64,000 nt of DNA from a virus: positions 52,567-116,566 of IMG/VR virus record IMGVR_UViG_3300027734_000048. One strand, 5' to 3'. The notes under the pieces are model-generated. The model made no database searches and was not told where the DNA came from. It saw only the letters and a program-made list of their open reading frames with translations. A program made the translations under genes and the position numbers. Below are positions 20,043-29,467 of the stretch, one piece after another. Position 1 is the first letter of the stretch; each line of letters starts with the position of its first letter.

Positions 20043-21263
20043 TCAGACTGTATCTGGTCTGTCAAATGCTAGTGATTTTTCTGTAAAGAAGTTGTCATAA
20101 GGTTCACAGTTAATAGAAAGTTTTTCCATTTCCATGTCAATTGCTTCAACTACTAAAATATCAACAAATCCACTATGTTCGTGTGAATATCTCTGATATG
20201 TTGTATCTACTTGTGCAACATTAAGGTACTTGATAACTCCATCTTTTTTAACCAAAATATTGTGTGTATTAACAAACATATCTCCATCAATAAATACAAA
20301 GTTTTGTGCTACACCTGGGGTCAAAGAAACAATTGTTGTTTCAACTACTGGTAGATTTGACAAATCTTCTGTTGTTGACCAAGAAAGCCAATCATTATTT
20401 TCTCCAAGATCTACAGCAAGAACTTTGTCTCCTACATTAAGGTTTTTTGCCTCAACATAGCCATTAGTTGTAAGAACTTTTGTTTCAATTGATATTGAGT
20501 CACGCCATCCTGGTGAGAATCCAAACACACCGAATGGTGAGAATCCAAACACACCGAATGGTGAGAATCCAAACACACCGAATGGTGAGAATCCAAACAC
20601 ACCGAATGGTGAGAATCCAAACACACCGAATGGTGAGAATCCGAATACTGAGAATGGTGTAAATGAGAATGTTGTAACATTTGAAGAGTATCCAGAATAG
20701 TCAGAATTACCATTTGCATTTGTTGCATAGACTCTGTAAGCCTGTGTTTGTCCACCACCCTGTGAAATATTAATAGATGTTCCAGAAGTGTCTCCCGCTG
20801 TTCCATCATTTCCTTCGACATGGTAGTTTGAAATTGCTTTTCCACCGTTTGCTGGAGCAGACCATGTTACTGTATCATAAGATGCTCCAGAGGGAGATGA
20901 TCCGCTTGGAGCAGATGGTGCACCTGGAACTGTTGTTGCAGTTACTGGAGATGTTGCTGAAGATTCTCCACTAGTTCCATAAGAGTTTGTAGCAGTTACC
21001 TTAAATGTATAAGATGTGCCTGATGCTAAATTTTGTACTACGATAGGAGAAGAAGCCCCAGATGCAGTTTTTGATGCATCCTCAACAGCCGTAACTGTAT
21101 AGGATGTTGCTGCATATGGGCCTGCTGCTGTGAATGTTACAGAGATTGCGCCATTGTTATATGCACGACCAGTTCCAACATCTGTCCCCGTTCCGATTGT
21201 TGGTGTATATGGTGCCAAGAAGTCATTTGCTCCCTGGCTCATTCTGCCTGCTTGTTTTGACAT
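20043..21263 (-). CDS. Fn3-Fn3-(FGVFGFSP)n-Hint domain protein, putative fibre-tip adhesin
   Basis: Two Fn3 repeats (L.SGTSYTFKVTATN.YG; W.AP.NGG..I.NY), aromatic octapeptide repeat, then SI...TKV.T.NG...AKNL.VGDKV Hint-like block. Confidence 0.75.
   Translation of the reverse strand: MSKQAGRMSQGANDFLAPYTPTIGTGTDVGTGRAYNNGAISVTFTAAGPYAATSYTVTAVEDASKTASGASSPIVVQNLASGTSYTFKVTATNSYGTSGESSATSPVTATTVPGAPSAPSGSSPSGASYDTVTWSAPANGGKAISNYHVEGNDGTAGDTSGTSINISQGGGQTQAYRVYATNANGNSDYSGYSSNVTTFSFTPFSVFGFSPFGVFGFSPFGVFGFSPFGVFGFSPFGVFGFSPFGVFGFSPGWRDSISIETKVLTTNGYVEAKNLNVGDKVLAVDLGENNDWLSWSTTEDLSNLPVVETTIVSLTPGVAQNFVFIDGDMFVNTHNILVKKDGVIKYLNVAQVDTTYQRYSHEHSGFVDILVVEAIDMEMEKLSINCEPYDNFFTEKSLAFDRPDTV
20511..20669. 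repeat. 24-bp in-frame tandem repeat, 5 exact copies plus 1-2 degenerate
   Basis: TGGTGAGAATCCAAACACACCGAA x5 at 20511-20630, degenerate to 20669; encodes FGVFGFSP on the minus strand. Confidence 0.95.
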
Positions 21264-21285
21264 AGTTAATCTCCTTTAATTCGTA

Positions 21286-23334
21286 TTATGCTGATAGGTC
21301 TCCGAAGACCAACCATCCGCCTGAAATCTTCATTGCTGTTACAACTGAGTATGTTGTTCTGAACTTGAGTCCAGGTGTACCAACTACACCGTTTGTTGAA
21401 GCAAATGATGCACCTGTACCTGATGCCTGGTAGAAGTCAATTGACTGTCCAGTTGAGTACCCTGTTGCAGGAAGTGTGATTTGTACTGCTCCAGTTAGTG
21501 GAACAAACTTATCTGCTTCTCCAGCAGCAAGTGTTGCTGATGATGAAATTGCTGTTGCAATTGTTGTAATAGATGGTACGCCAACCTTTGTTTGTGTACC
21601 GTCTGAGAATGTAACACCAGATGATGCTGTAACAGCACCAGAGAATGTTGGAGCATCTGCGACTGCAATTGTTGAACCAGTCTTTGTGATATTTGTACCA
21701 GCAGTTACTGCTTCAGAAGCATTAAACTGTGTGTAGTTAACATTTGTTGTTCCAATTGTAATTGTTCCTGTTGTGGTAAGAATAAATCCCTTAGAACCAT
21801 TTGTTGTTCCAGAAGTTACAAAACAGAAATCTCCTGTTGCAAGTTCTCCTGATGGGTTGTTATCGGCATCGGCTGCACGAGTTAATACCCATGCTGCTGA
21901 ACCTGATCCAACCGTAGTTAATGTATAAATACCATTTTGTGTTGCAGTTGTTTGATCTTTAACAAGAACTCTATCTCCAACAGACCATGATGAAACTCCA
22001 TCTAACGTAGTAAATGAACGGTTGGTATCAGCAGTAAGTGTTGCACCAAGACCATTTGTACCATTGCTATAGTTAGCAGATAAATTTGTTGTAGTTGTTG
22101 CTTTTACTGCTTGGTGAAAGTTAATTCCAGCAGCAATACCATCAACATATAACTTAGTTGCTGCATGAAGGTCTGATGTAGGTGCACCTGAAAGTGTAAG
22201 TGCTCCTGTCATTGTTCCTCCAGCAAGTGCCAACTTAGCATTAAGTGCTGTCTGTGTAGCAGTTGAAACAGGCTTATTGGCATCTGAAGTATTATCAACA
22301 TTTGCAAGGCCTACTGAAGACTTTGTAAGTGCTGCTACTGCAGTTGAAACCTTTGTATCTGCTGCTGTTCCTGCTGCTGCAATAGCCTCAGACTTAGCGG
22401 TAGCAACTGTTGTTGCTGTTGCAAGAACTGAAGTATCTGCAATTCCATGTACAGAAGTTGTTGCTGAATTATGTGTTGTTACCTGACCATCAGCATATGT
22501 TTTTGTTGCTAATAGTGTAGTATCTGCAATTCCATGAACATCTGTTGTGTCTGCCCCATGAGTAGAAACTGCTGAATCTACGTATGACTTAAGAGCAAGA
22601 TCTGCAGTATTTAAAATACCATGAACACTTGTTGTATCTTCAGTGTGTGTATTTATTAATGTATTTACTGAAGCAGTTGTTGCTAGTGCAGCAGTATTTG
22701 CAATTCCGTGAACATCAGTTGTTCTAGCATTGAAGTCAGTAATATAAGTTTCAATATCTGGCCACTTGGCAAGAACTGTTGTATCTGAAATTCCGTGAAC
22801 ATTTGTTGTATCAGCCTCGTGAGCAACCACAACACCATTTACATAATCTTTGTTTGCTGCATCTTGTCCACCTGTTGGTGCTGGAAGATTTGTAATTTTA
22901 TTATTATCCATATTTATGTTTCCAGTCATCTGTGTTCCTGACTTTGAAACTTTTGCATTAACTGCATTTAAAATTGTTGTTGCAAATGATCCATCATTAT
23001 CAAGTGCTGCTGCAATTTCGCTAAGTGTATCTAATGCTTCTGGTGCTCCAGCAATAAGATTTCCTAGTTGACCTAGTGGGATTTTTCCATTTGAATCAAG
23101 TGTTGCAACACCATTAGATGCTGCTTTTTGAGTTAAAAGAATATAATCATCTAGTGATCCACCAAGATCTTCTAGATTCTTAAAGTATGATAGGTCAGAC
23201 CATTCAGTCGTACCATCACCTAGTTTAAATTGGTTTGTGTCTGTTTCTACACCAATTTCACCCGCAGCAAGTACTGGGTTTGCATTTGTCCATTGAGAGG
23301 CTGTTCCTCTTCTTTGTTGCATTCTTGTTGACAT
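21286..23334 (-). CDS. tail fibre protein (Mtd_N-like N-terminus, H..DTT.VHGI repeats, adaptor C-terminus)
   Basis: RRGTASQW..ANPVLAAGEIG.ETDT..FK.GDG N-terminus; APEALDTL and VDNTSDANKPVSTA fibre motifs. Confidence 0.8.
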   Translation of the reverse strand: MSTRMQQRRGTASQWTNANPVLAAGEIGVETDTNQFKLGDGTTEWSDLSYFKNLEDLGGSLDDYILLTQKAASNGVATLDSNGKIPLGQLGNLIAGAPEALDTLSEIAAALDNDGSFATTILNAVNAKVSKSGTQMTGNINMDNNKITNLPAPTGGQDAANKDYVNGVVVAHEADTTNVHGISDTTVLAKWPDIETYITDFNARTTDVHGIANTAALATTASVNTLINTHTEDTTSVHGILNTADLALKSYVDSAVSTHGADTTDVHGIADTTLLATKTYADGQVTTHNSATTSVHGIADTSVLATATTVATAKSEAIAAAGTAADTKVSTAVAALTKSSVGLANVDNTSDANKPVSTATQTALNAKLALAGGTMTGALTLSGAPTSDLHAATKLYVDGIAAGINFHQAVKATTTTNLSANYSNGTNGLGATLTADTNRSFTTLDGVSSWSVGDRVLVKDQTTATQNGIYTLTTVGSGSAAWVLTRAADADNNPSGELATGDFCFVTSGTTNGSKGFILTTTGTITIGTTNVNYTQFNASEAVTAGTNITKTGSTIAVADAPTFSGAVTASSGVTFSDGTQTKVGVPSITTIATAISSSATLAAGEADKFVPLTGAVQITLPATGYSTGQSIDFYQASGTGASFASTNGVVGTPGLKFRTTYSVVTAMKISGGWLVFGDLSA

Positions 23335-23383
23335 TATTATCTCTCCTCTGTACGGGCTGCGTACTCTTTATTATTTAAATTTT

Positions 23384-24667
23384 TCATTGACTAACTCCCC
23401 CGCCATCAAGAACGAGATTGAGTGAACCAATATTGTTTAAAACAGATTTTACAAAAGCAGTTGTTGCTATTTGTGTGCTATCTGTTGAAAATGATGCTGT
23501 TGGTGCTGATGGTGTTCCAGTAAGTGCTGGTGAAGCCAAAGCAGCCTTAAGATCAAGTGCTGTTTGTGTTGCAGTTGATACTGGTTTTGCAGAGTCTGCT
23601 GTATTGTCTACTGAACCAAGTCCAACCATAGATTTTGTAATACCAGAAACTGTACCAGTAAAGGTTGGTGAAACAATTGGTGCGTATGTTGATGATGCAG
23701 TTGCAGAAGCAAGTTTAGCATCTAGTGCTGTTTGTGTTGCAGTTGATACTGGCTTATTTGCGTCTGAAGTATTATCAACATCTGAAAGTCCAACTGATGA
23801 TTTTGTCAATCCAGAAACTGCAGTTGAAACTGCTGAGTCTGCATAAGTTTTTGTAGCAAGTTGTGCTGTGTTAGCAATGCCATGGATATTAGTTGTGTCT
23901 GCTTCATGTGAAGCAAGGTCAGCACTTGAAGCCTTTGTTCCAACAAGAGTAGCAAGTGTTGCTGCTGTTGATTCGTCTGCTGTTAGAGCATCTGCAAGTT
24001 CTTTTAGTGTATTTAGTGCTTCTGGTGCTGAGTTTACAACTGCTGCTACTGCAGTAGATGCTGCGTTATCAGCATATGTTTTTGTAGCAAGAGCAGATGT
24101 ATCTGCAATACCGTGAATATTTGTTGTATCTGATTCATGTGAAGCAAGAGCAGTTGCTGCTGTTGTTTCTGCACCTGACTTGGCATTATTAGCCTTAGTA
24201 GTTGCATCAGATGAAGCAGTTGAAATTGCTTCTGATTTAGCAGTTGAAATTGCTGTAGCCTGTGCTGTAGAGACTGGCTTTGCTGAATCTGCTGTATTAT
24301 CAACCGATCCAAGTCCTACCATAGACTTTGTTACACCAGATACAGTTCCTGTAAATGTTGGTGATGCTATTGGAGCCTTGGCTGCAAGATTTGTTGTCAT
24401 TGTGCCAATAAAGTCTGGGTTATCTCCAATAGATGCTGCTAATTCATTAAGTGTATCAAGTAGGTCTGGTGCTCCATCAATTAGGTCTTGGATGGCTGCT
24501 GCAGCGTCTGCAGTAAAGTAGACAAGGTCTTCCCAGCGATTAGTGCCGTCACCAATTTTAAATTTATTTGTGTCAACTTCAAATCCGATTTCGCCTGCTG
24601 CGAGAATTGGGTTTGCTGATACCCACTGAGAGGCTGTTCCTCTGCGTTGCTGTTGTCTAACTGCCAT
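23384..24667 (-). CDS. tail fibre protein, paralog of 21286-23334
   Basis: Same N-terminal domain; three VDNT.D..KPVSTA repeats; SPALTGTPSAPT...TQIATTAFV. Confidence 0.8.
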   Translation of the reverse strand: MAVRQQQRRGTASQWVSANPILAAGEIGFEVDTNKFKIGDGTNRWEDLVYFTADAAAAIQDLIDGAPDLLDTLNELAASIGDNPDFIGTMTTNLAAKAPIASPTFTGTVSGVTKSMVGLGSVDNTADSAKPVSTAQATAISTAKSEAISTASSDATTKANNAKSGAETTAATALASHESDTTNIHGIADTSALATKTYADNAASTAVAAVVNSAPEALNTLKELADALTADESTAATLATLVGTKASSADLASHEADTTNIHGIANTAQLATKTYADSAVSTAVSGLTKSSVGLSDVDNTSDANKPVSTATQTALDAKLASATASSTYAPIVSPTFTGTVSGITKSMVGLGSVDNTADSAKPVSTATQTALDLKAALASPALTGTPSAPTASFSTDSTQIATTAFVKSVLNNIGSLNLVLDGGGVSQ

Positions 24668-24721
24668 TTATTTCCTCCTTATGGGTGCTGCCCATATGTA
24701 TCTTATTATAACATCAATTTA

Positions 24722-25171
24722 TTAATTGAAATTATCTATTGCAATTCCGCCATCATGTGTTGATGAGAATACTGTATCTAATGCACTGCCAGAGTCTGTG
24801 CTGGCAGTCATTGGACTGTTAAAAAATCCAGAATCTACAAACATTGTAACAATAAGGCCATTGCCATCAATTGAAGTGTCATGAATGTGATCTGGAATAT
24901 TGGTTGTGTCTTCAATAGTTGCTTGTGTATACCAAGAACCATTATAATAAAAATTAACTCTATTTGTCAGAGTGTCTAACCACTGTGTACCATTAGTTGG
25001 TGAAGAAGGAGCAGTATCGCCGACAGCCATTGATTTTGAATCAACATACTCTTTAGTTGCTGCATGTGTATTAAGAGTTGGGACTCCTACTGTTACTGCA
25101 TCTCCAAATGTACCGCCGTTTGCTACGACTAATCCATTTTTGACTTTGAAGTCTTTATCGACTGTTGCCAT
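24722..25171 (-). CDS. short fibre/connector protein
   Basis: MATVDKDFKVKNGL N-terminus shared with 25238-27109; AATKEYVD and APSSP.NG.QW.DT motifs. Confidence 0.65.
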   Translation of the reverse strand: MATVDKDFKVKNGLVVANGGTFGDAVTVGVPTLNTHAATKEYVDSKSMAVGDTAPSSPTNGTQWLDTLTNRVNFYYNGSWYTQATIEDTTNIPDHIHDTSIDGNGLIVTMFVDSGFFNSPMTASTDSGSALDTVFSSTHDGGIAIDNFN

Positions 25172-25237
25172 TTATTTCTCCCCTGTACCACATTTTTTGT
25201 GGGGGATTTTGAAAGGATCCCCCTAACCTTTAATTAA

Positions 25238-27109
25238 TTACTTAAGTAGTGTTCCCATAACAGTAACTGTTGAGTTATTGTTAGCAGTTGTTACTAGAAG
25301 TTGTACGTTTGATCCTGAAATACCTGCTGAAATTGATGATGCTGAACCATTAGTTCCAACAATTCCGTATTCAGTGATTGCAATATTGTCTGAAGTATCA
25401 AGTGTCAAAAGAACCTTTGAAATTTCAGTGTGTGTTCCATAGGCAACCTTTACAAGGTATTCTGCTGAACGGTAGTCAGCCTTTGCAAAAGCATGTGCTG
25501 TCTGAACTCCAGCAGTTGGTGCTGAAAGAGTTGCAGCAACTTGCTTGGCAACTGAATTCAAATCAACTGATGTGAAGTTTGGAACAACTGCTTGTACAGC
25601 AGATACTGCACGAGCATTTGTAAAGTAAAGGTTTGTGCCTTCTGCAAGATCAGATGTTGTAGAATCTGCTACACCGTTTTCTGCGGTAATAGTAAGTCCT
25701 GCACCTGTTCCTGTGATTGTGATATTTGTAAGTGATGCACCAGTCAAAAGATCTGCTGCTGAAGACTTAGCACGAGAATCTGTAAAGTATTCATTTGTAC
25801 CCTCTTCAATATCAGATGTTGTAAGTGCGTTTACTGCTGATGTAATTGCAGAGTTACGATCTGAAACTTCTGTAGAAATTGCTGAATTTGTGTAATCATT
25901 AGCATCAGTAATTGCTTCGCCCTTAGCGTTTGAAATTGCTGAATTACGGTTTGAAACTTCAAGTGAGATTGCAGAATCTGTGTACCCATTTGAAGATGAG
26001 ATTGCTTCGCCCTTAGCAGTTGAAATTGCAGAGTTGCGGTTTGTAACTTCGGTTGAGATTGCAGAATCTGTGTACCCATTTGCAGCAATCTCTGCAGCAT
26101 CTGCATATCCTTGTGCTGCTGTATCAAGGCCAGAAATTTCTGAATCTACATATGTTGTGTCAGCCTTTGTTGCAACCAAGTTAGCAACATCTGTTGCATA
26201 ATTTGGATTATCAGCAATTGCAGCAGCCAATTCATTAAGTGTATCAAGAAGTGCTGGTGCTGAATCTACAAGAGCAGCGATCTCTCCATCTGTGTATGAA
26301 TTAGCAGAAGAAATTGCCTCTGATTTAGCAGTTGAGATAGCACTATTTCTATTTGTAACTTCTGTTGAAATTGCAGAAGAAATTGCTGAGTTGCGGTTTG
26401 TAACTTCAGAAGAAATTGCAGAATCTGTATATCCCTCAGATGTTGAAATTGCTTCACTCTTAGCAGTTGAAATTGCTGAGTTGCGATTTGTAACTTCAGT
26501 TGAGATTGCTGAATCTGTATATCCATTTGAAGATGATATTGCCTCACCCTTAGCGGTTGAAATTGCAGAGTTACGATTAGTAACTTCGGTTGAGATTTCA
26601 GAATCTGTATAGCCATTTGCAGCAATTTCTGCAGCATCTGCATATCCTTGTGCTGCTGTATCTAGAGTAGAAATTTCTCCATTTACATATCCACGAGTTG
26701 CAATTTCATTATTTGATGATTTTCCGCCATAGTAGGCTGATCCATCTGGATTAAGAACAATGTCTCCATTGCCTGAATTAAGTGCAATGTCATCTGATGC
26801 AGAAAGAAGGATTCCATTATTAGAACCAATTTCTGTATCTCCATTAACAACATCAATACCGTTGTTTGTTGAACCACCAACATAGAGCGTATTTACTGTT
26901 ACATTTTCAGCAGCAAAGTCTCCGTTAGCGTCACGCTTTACAACCTTGTTTGCTTCGTTAGCAGATGTGGCTGTTCCACCAATAAGACTAACTATGTAGT
27001 CTTGATCATCTTGTTTCTTTGTAAGAATGTCAAATCCATTAACTGTCGCTGTTGTACCTTCAACGATAAGTCCACTCTTAATTTTAAAATCTTTATTTAC
27101 TGTTGCCAT
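25238..27109 (-). CDS. long coiled fibre protein with internal repeats
   Basis: 623 aa; repeated SAISTEVTNRNSAISTAKGEAI.S.NGYTD; EG(T/S)N.YFT.AR motifs. Confidence 0.8.
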   Translation of the reverse strand: MATVNKDFKIKSGLIVEGTTATVNGFDILTKKQDDQDYIVSLIGGTATSANEANKVVKRDANGDFAAENVTVNTLYVGGSTNNGIDVVNGDTEIGSNNGILLSASDDIALNSGNGDIVLNPDGSAYYGGKSSNNEIATRGYVNGEISTLDTAAQGYADAAEIAANGYTDSEISTEVTNRNSAISTAKGEAISSSNGYTDSAISTEVTNRNSAISTAKSEAISTSEGYTDSAISSEVTNRNSAISSAISTEVTNRNSAISTAKSEAISSANSYTDGEIAALVDSAPALLDTLNELAAAIADNPNYATDVANLVATKADTTYVDSEISGLDTAAQGYADAAEIAANGYTDSAISTEVTNRNSAISTAKGEAISSSNGYTDSAISLEVSNRNSAISNAKGEAITDANDYTNSAISTEVSDRNSAITSAVNALTTSDIEEGTNEYFTDSRAKSSAADLLTGASLTNITITGTGAGLTITAENGVADSTTSDLAEGTNLYFTNARAVSAVQAVVPNFTSVDLNSVAKQVAATLSAPTAGVQTAHAFAKADYRSAEYLVKVAYGTHTEISKVLLTLDTSDNIAITEYGIVGTNGSASSISAGISGSNVQLLVTTANNNSTVTVMGTLLK

Positions 27110-27128
27110 TTTTTATATCTCCTTTTAT

Positions 27129-27575
27129 TTATGCCTTAAGTCCCATACGTGCAAAACGTACAGTGACTGGCTTGATCGCAGGATCTGGAGTGACTGTTAA
27201 AGCCACGGTATTTCCAGTGCGAGAGACATCAATGGTGCCAATATTCCCATCATTGTCGATAGTGCCATATTCGCTGACAGACACATTTTGTCCATCAACT
27301 AAAATTGTTAATTCGGTTGCATAGAACTTATTGTCCCCTGCAGAGGTTTTTGATATTGAAACAATATACTTGACCATTCGCCAAACTGTGGCATCAAAAT
27401 TATCAACTACAGTTACATTCTCAATACCATTGATTGTATTTTCATTATTACCCGCTGATCCCAAATCTGTTGATTGAGCAACAAGGGTATCAATTAAATC
27501 TACATAATTTTCTTGAGTTGGTCTATCACCTGTTTGAAATAGACTCTTTACTCCTGGAACTGATATTTTAGCCAT
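27129..27575 (-). CDS. virion protein homologous to the C-terminal domain of 25238-27109
   Basis: FQTGDRPTQE.Y.DLID N-terminus; WRMVKY...SEYG matches YRSAEY...TEYG of the neighbour. Confidence 0.6.
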   Translation of the reverse strand: MAKISVPGVKSLFQTGDRPTQENYVDLIDTLVAQSTDLGSAGNNENTINGIENVTVVDNFDATVWRMVKYIVSISKTSAGDNKFYATELTILVDGQNVSVSEYGTIDNDGNIGTIDVSRTGNTVALTVTPDPAIKPVTVRFARMGLKA

Positions 27576-27609
27576 GTGGTAATTATAACACCCCTTTTTA
27601 TTTATTTAA

Positions 27610-27831
27610 TTAGAGGATATAGTTGCTATATCCAATAACTTGCAATGGGATTGCTGGAATCATCCCACGAACATCTTGAATTTGAACTGATGAGAATTTA
27701 ACACGGAATGGAAGAATTTCTTTTATTTCAACAAATCTTTGAAGATCTTTGATTGTTGTTATTGAATAGTCAAATGATTTTATTAACTTAGTTTTATGAT
27801 TTAGTTCATCTATTATTATTGCTGTTGCCAT
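27610..27831 (-). CDS. hypothetical protein
   Basis: 73 aa, coupled to upstream gene. Confidence 0.5.
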   Translation of the reverse strand: MATAIIIDELNHKTKLIKSFDYSITTIKDLQRFVEIKEILPFRVKFSSVQIQDVRGMIPAIPLQVIGYSNYIL

Positions 27832-28229
27832 TAATCTGTTACATCTTCAAGGATCTTCATGCTACCCTGGCAAACAGTCCAAACTCTTGTTGAGTCAGAT
27901 AACTGGATGTCAAAAATGTCTCCTGTTTGAAGTTGTACAGATTCTGCTGCTGTTAGCCAAACTGTGAATTCTCCTATTAGATCATCATCATCTTTTCTTG
28001 GGTGCAAATGCATTACAACTGTAGCATCATCTGTAATAATTCCAGGGGTTGAGTTTGGTCTTTTAATTTTCATAGCAATTTCCCAATCAGGGATATTTAA
28101 TGGTTGTTTTGCATCATCTGTTGCGTATACTTTAAAACCAGACGTATCTCCACGAACTACAGTCCAAATAACAGTAGGTGGTTTATTTCCTATATCGTAT
28201 GATGATTGAGATCCCCTTGTAGTTGCCAT
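27831..28229 (-). CDS. baseplate/fibre-attachment-like beta protein (family of 3 paralogs)
   Basis: VVRGD...FDIQL...T...G...I..DVT, also seen at 34189-34563 and 37845-38222. Confidence 0.55.
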   Translation of the reverse strand: MATTRGSQSSYDIGNKPPTVIWTVVRGDTSGFKVYATDDAKQPLNIPDWEIAMKIKRPNSTPGIITDDATVVMHLHPRKDDDDLIGEFTVWLTAAESVQLQTGDIFDIQLSDSTRVWTVCQGSMKILEDVTD

Positions 28230-28247
28230 TATTTTATTATATCACTA

Positions 28248-28751
28248 TTAGGCTAATCCAGCCTTTAGTGCCCCCCATGTACCGTTGCCTTTTGCCTCAA
28301 CAATAATAATTCCACTTACATCTTTTTTTGCAACTATGCCTACTGCTCCGCCTGATTGTGTTTTAGTCAACCAGCCATCGGTGCCAACATATAAAACATC
28401 TCCATTTTCAAAATTACGAGTATCAATATTTTTTAATACACCTGCAACTACACAAACTCCTTGAGAATTACTTGTTAGGTCCTGTTTTAATAATCCTAGG
28501 ATTGGATTGGTGGTTGAAGGAACTGCTTTATTTACCTTGGTTGCTGTTGAATAATCAGTTACATAAACTGGAGTACCAGCGGGAAGAGTTTGACCAGAAG
28601 CATTTATTACACTAACCTGAATTACAGATAAGTCTAATCCAGATAGAGCATCTTGAACATCTTCAGCAAGATTGGCAATATCTCCATGCACATTTACTGC
28701 ATCTGATGCCTGTGGATAACGTAATGAAAAATCTCCAGATGTTTGTGCCAT
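28248..28751 (-). CDS. virion structural/decoration-like protein
   Basis: LRYP..SD.VNV.GDI..LA N-terminus; N.SG.T..AGTPVY...GDVLYV. Confidence 0.55.
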   Translation of the reverse strand: MAQTSGDFSLRYPQASDAVNVHGDIANLAEDVQDALSGLDLSVIQVSVINASGQTLPAGTPVYVTDYSTATKVNKAVPSTTNPILGLLKQDLTSNSQGVCVVAGVLKNIDTRNFENGDVLYVGTDGWLTKTQSGGAVGIVAKKDVSGIIIVEAKGNGTWGALKAGLA

Positions 28752-28784
28752 AATATTTCATTATACCATATTTGATTTAACAAC

Positions 28785-28814
28785 TTGACAACATTAAGTA
28801 AAAACTGTTATAAT
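28785..28814 (+). promoter_or_regulatory. consensus sigmaA/sigma70-type promoter for the transglycosylase
   Basis: TTGACA (28785-90), 18 nt, TGtTATAAT (to 28814). Confidence 0.7.
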
Positions 28815-28862
28815 TATACATAGACACCTACCAGGGTGTTATTGTTTTCTAAGGAGGAAACT

Positions 28863-29417
28863 ATGATTAAATTTATCGAAAGAAACAAAGAGATCATTAG
28901 CACACTCAGTATTGTGGCATTATTTGCTGTATTTTCTAACAGTGCTAATGCTGCAACAATTAATAACCATTTAAGTCCCGAACAGGCTCAGATCTCGCAA
29001 ACCACCTCGCAAGAGGTTTTTTTGGTTTCTAAGGAAGAAAAATTAAAGAGTTTTGAAAATAAAGGAACTCTTACCGATCTAGAACTAAAGGAACTACTTT
29101 ACCTTGTTGGATTCAGAGGATCAAACCTTGTTGAGGCTTGGGCAGTAGCAAAGAAAGAGTCTAATGGTCAGCCAATTAGATTTAATGGAAACTCCAAGAC
29201 TGGGGACAGTTCTTATGGTATGTTTCAAATCAATATGATTAATGATTTAGGTCCTGAGCGTCGTGACAAGTTTGAACTTGTTACAAACTCTGACCTTTTA
29301 AACCCAGTAATAAATGCACAGATTGCATTTCATATGTCAGATGGTGGCAAAGATTGGTCTTCTTGGCATGGACTGACTCCACGTACAAAGTACTGGATGG
29401 CTCAATTTCCAAACTAA
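28863..29417 (+). CDS. secreted lytic transglycosylase / lysozyme-like protein
   Basis: Signal-peptide-like N-terminus (...SANA); AWAVA..ES.G...D.SYGMFQIN...NAQIA..MS.GG..WSSW; AGGAGG RBS. Confidence 0.8.
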   Translation: MIKFIERNKEIISTLSIVALFAVFSNSANAATINNHLSPEQAQISQTTSQEVFLVSKEEKLKSFENKGTLTDLELKELLYLVGFRGSNLVEAWAVAKKESNGQPIRFNGNSKTGDSSYGMFQINMINDLGPERRDKFELVTNSDLLNPVINAQIAFHMSDGGKDWSSWHGLTPRTKYWMAQFPN

Positions 29418-29430
29418 ATTATAAACAACT

Positions 29431-29467
29431 AAAAGCACCTATGGGATAAAACCTATGGGTGCTTTTT
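29431..29467. terminator. bidirectional terminator between convergent genes
   Basis: AAAAGCACCTAT-GG...CC-TATGGGTGCTTTT, with A/T tracts on both sides. Confidence 0.7.

Noticed and set aside
20043-20500. Hint domain as a canonical splicing intein
   Set aside because: No C-terminal His-Asn, no real C-extein and no homing endonuclease
20511-20669. 24-bp repeats as a CRISPR array
   Set aside because: Head-to-tail with no spacers, in frame within a CDS, and no cas genes
21286-24667. Diversity-generating retroelement suggested by Mtd_N-like fibre N-termini
   Set aside because: No reverse transcriptase and no TR/VR pair differing at adenines seen in this window
28711-28719. TGTGGATAA DnaA box
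   Set aside because: Isolated and inside a CDS, explained by Y-P-Q codons
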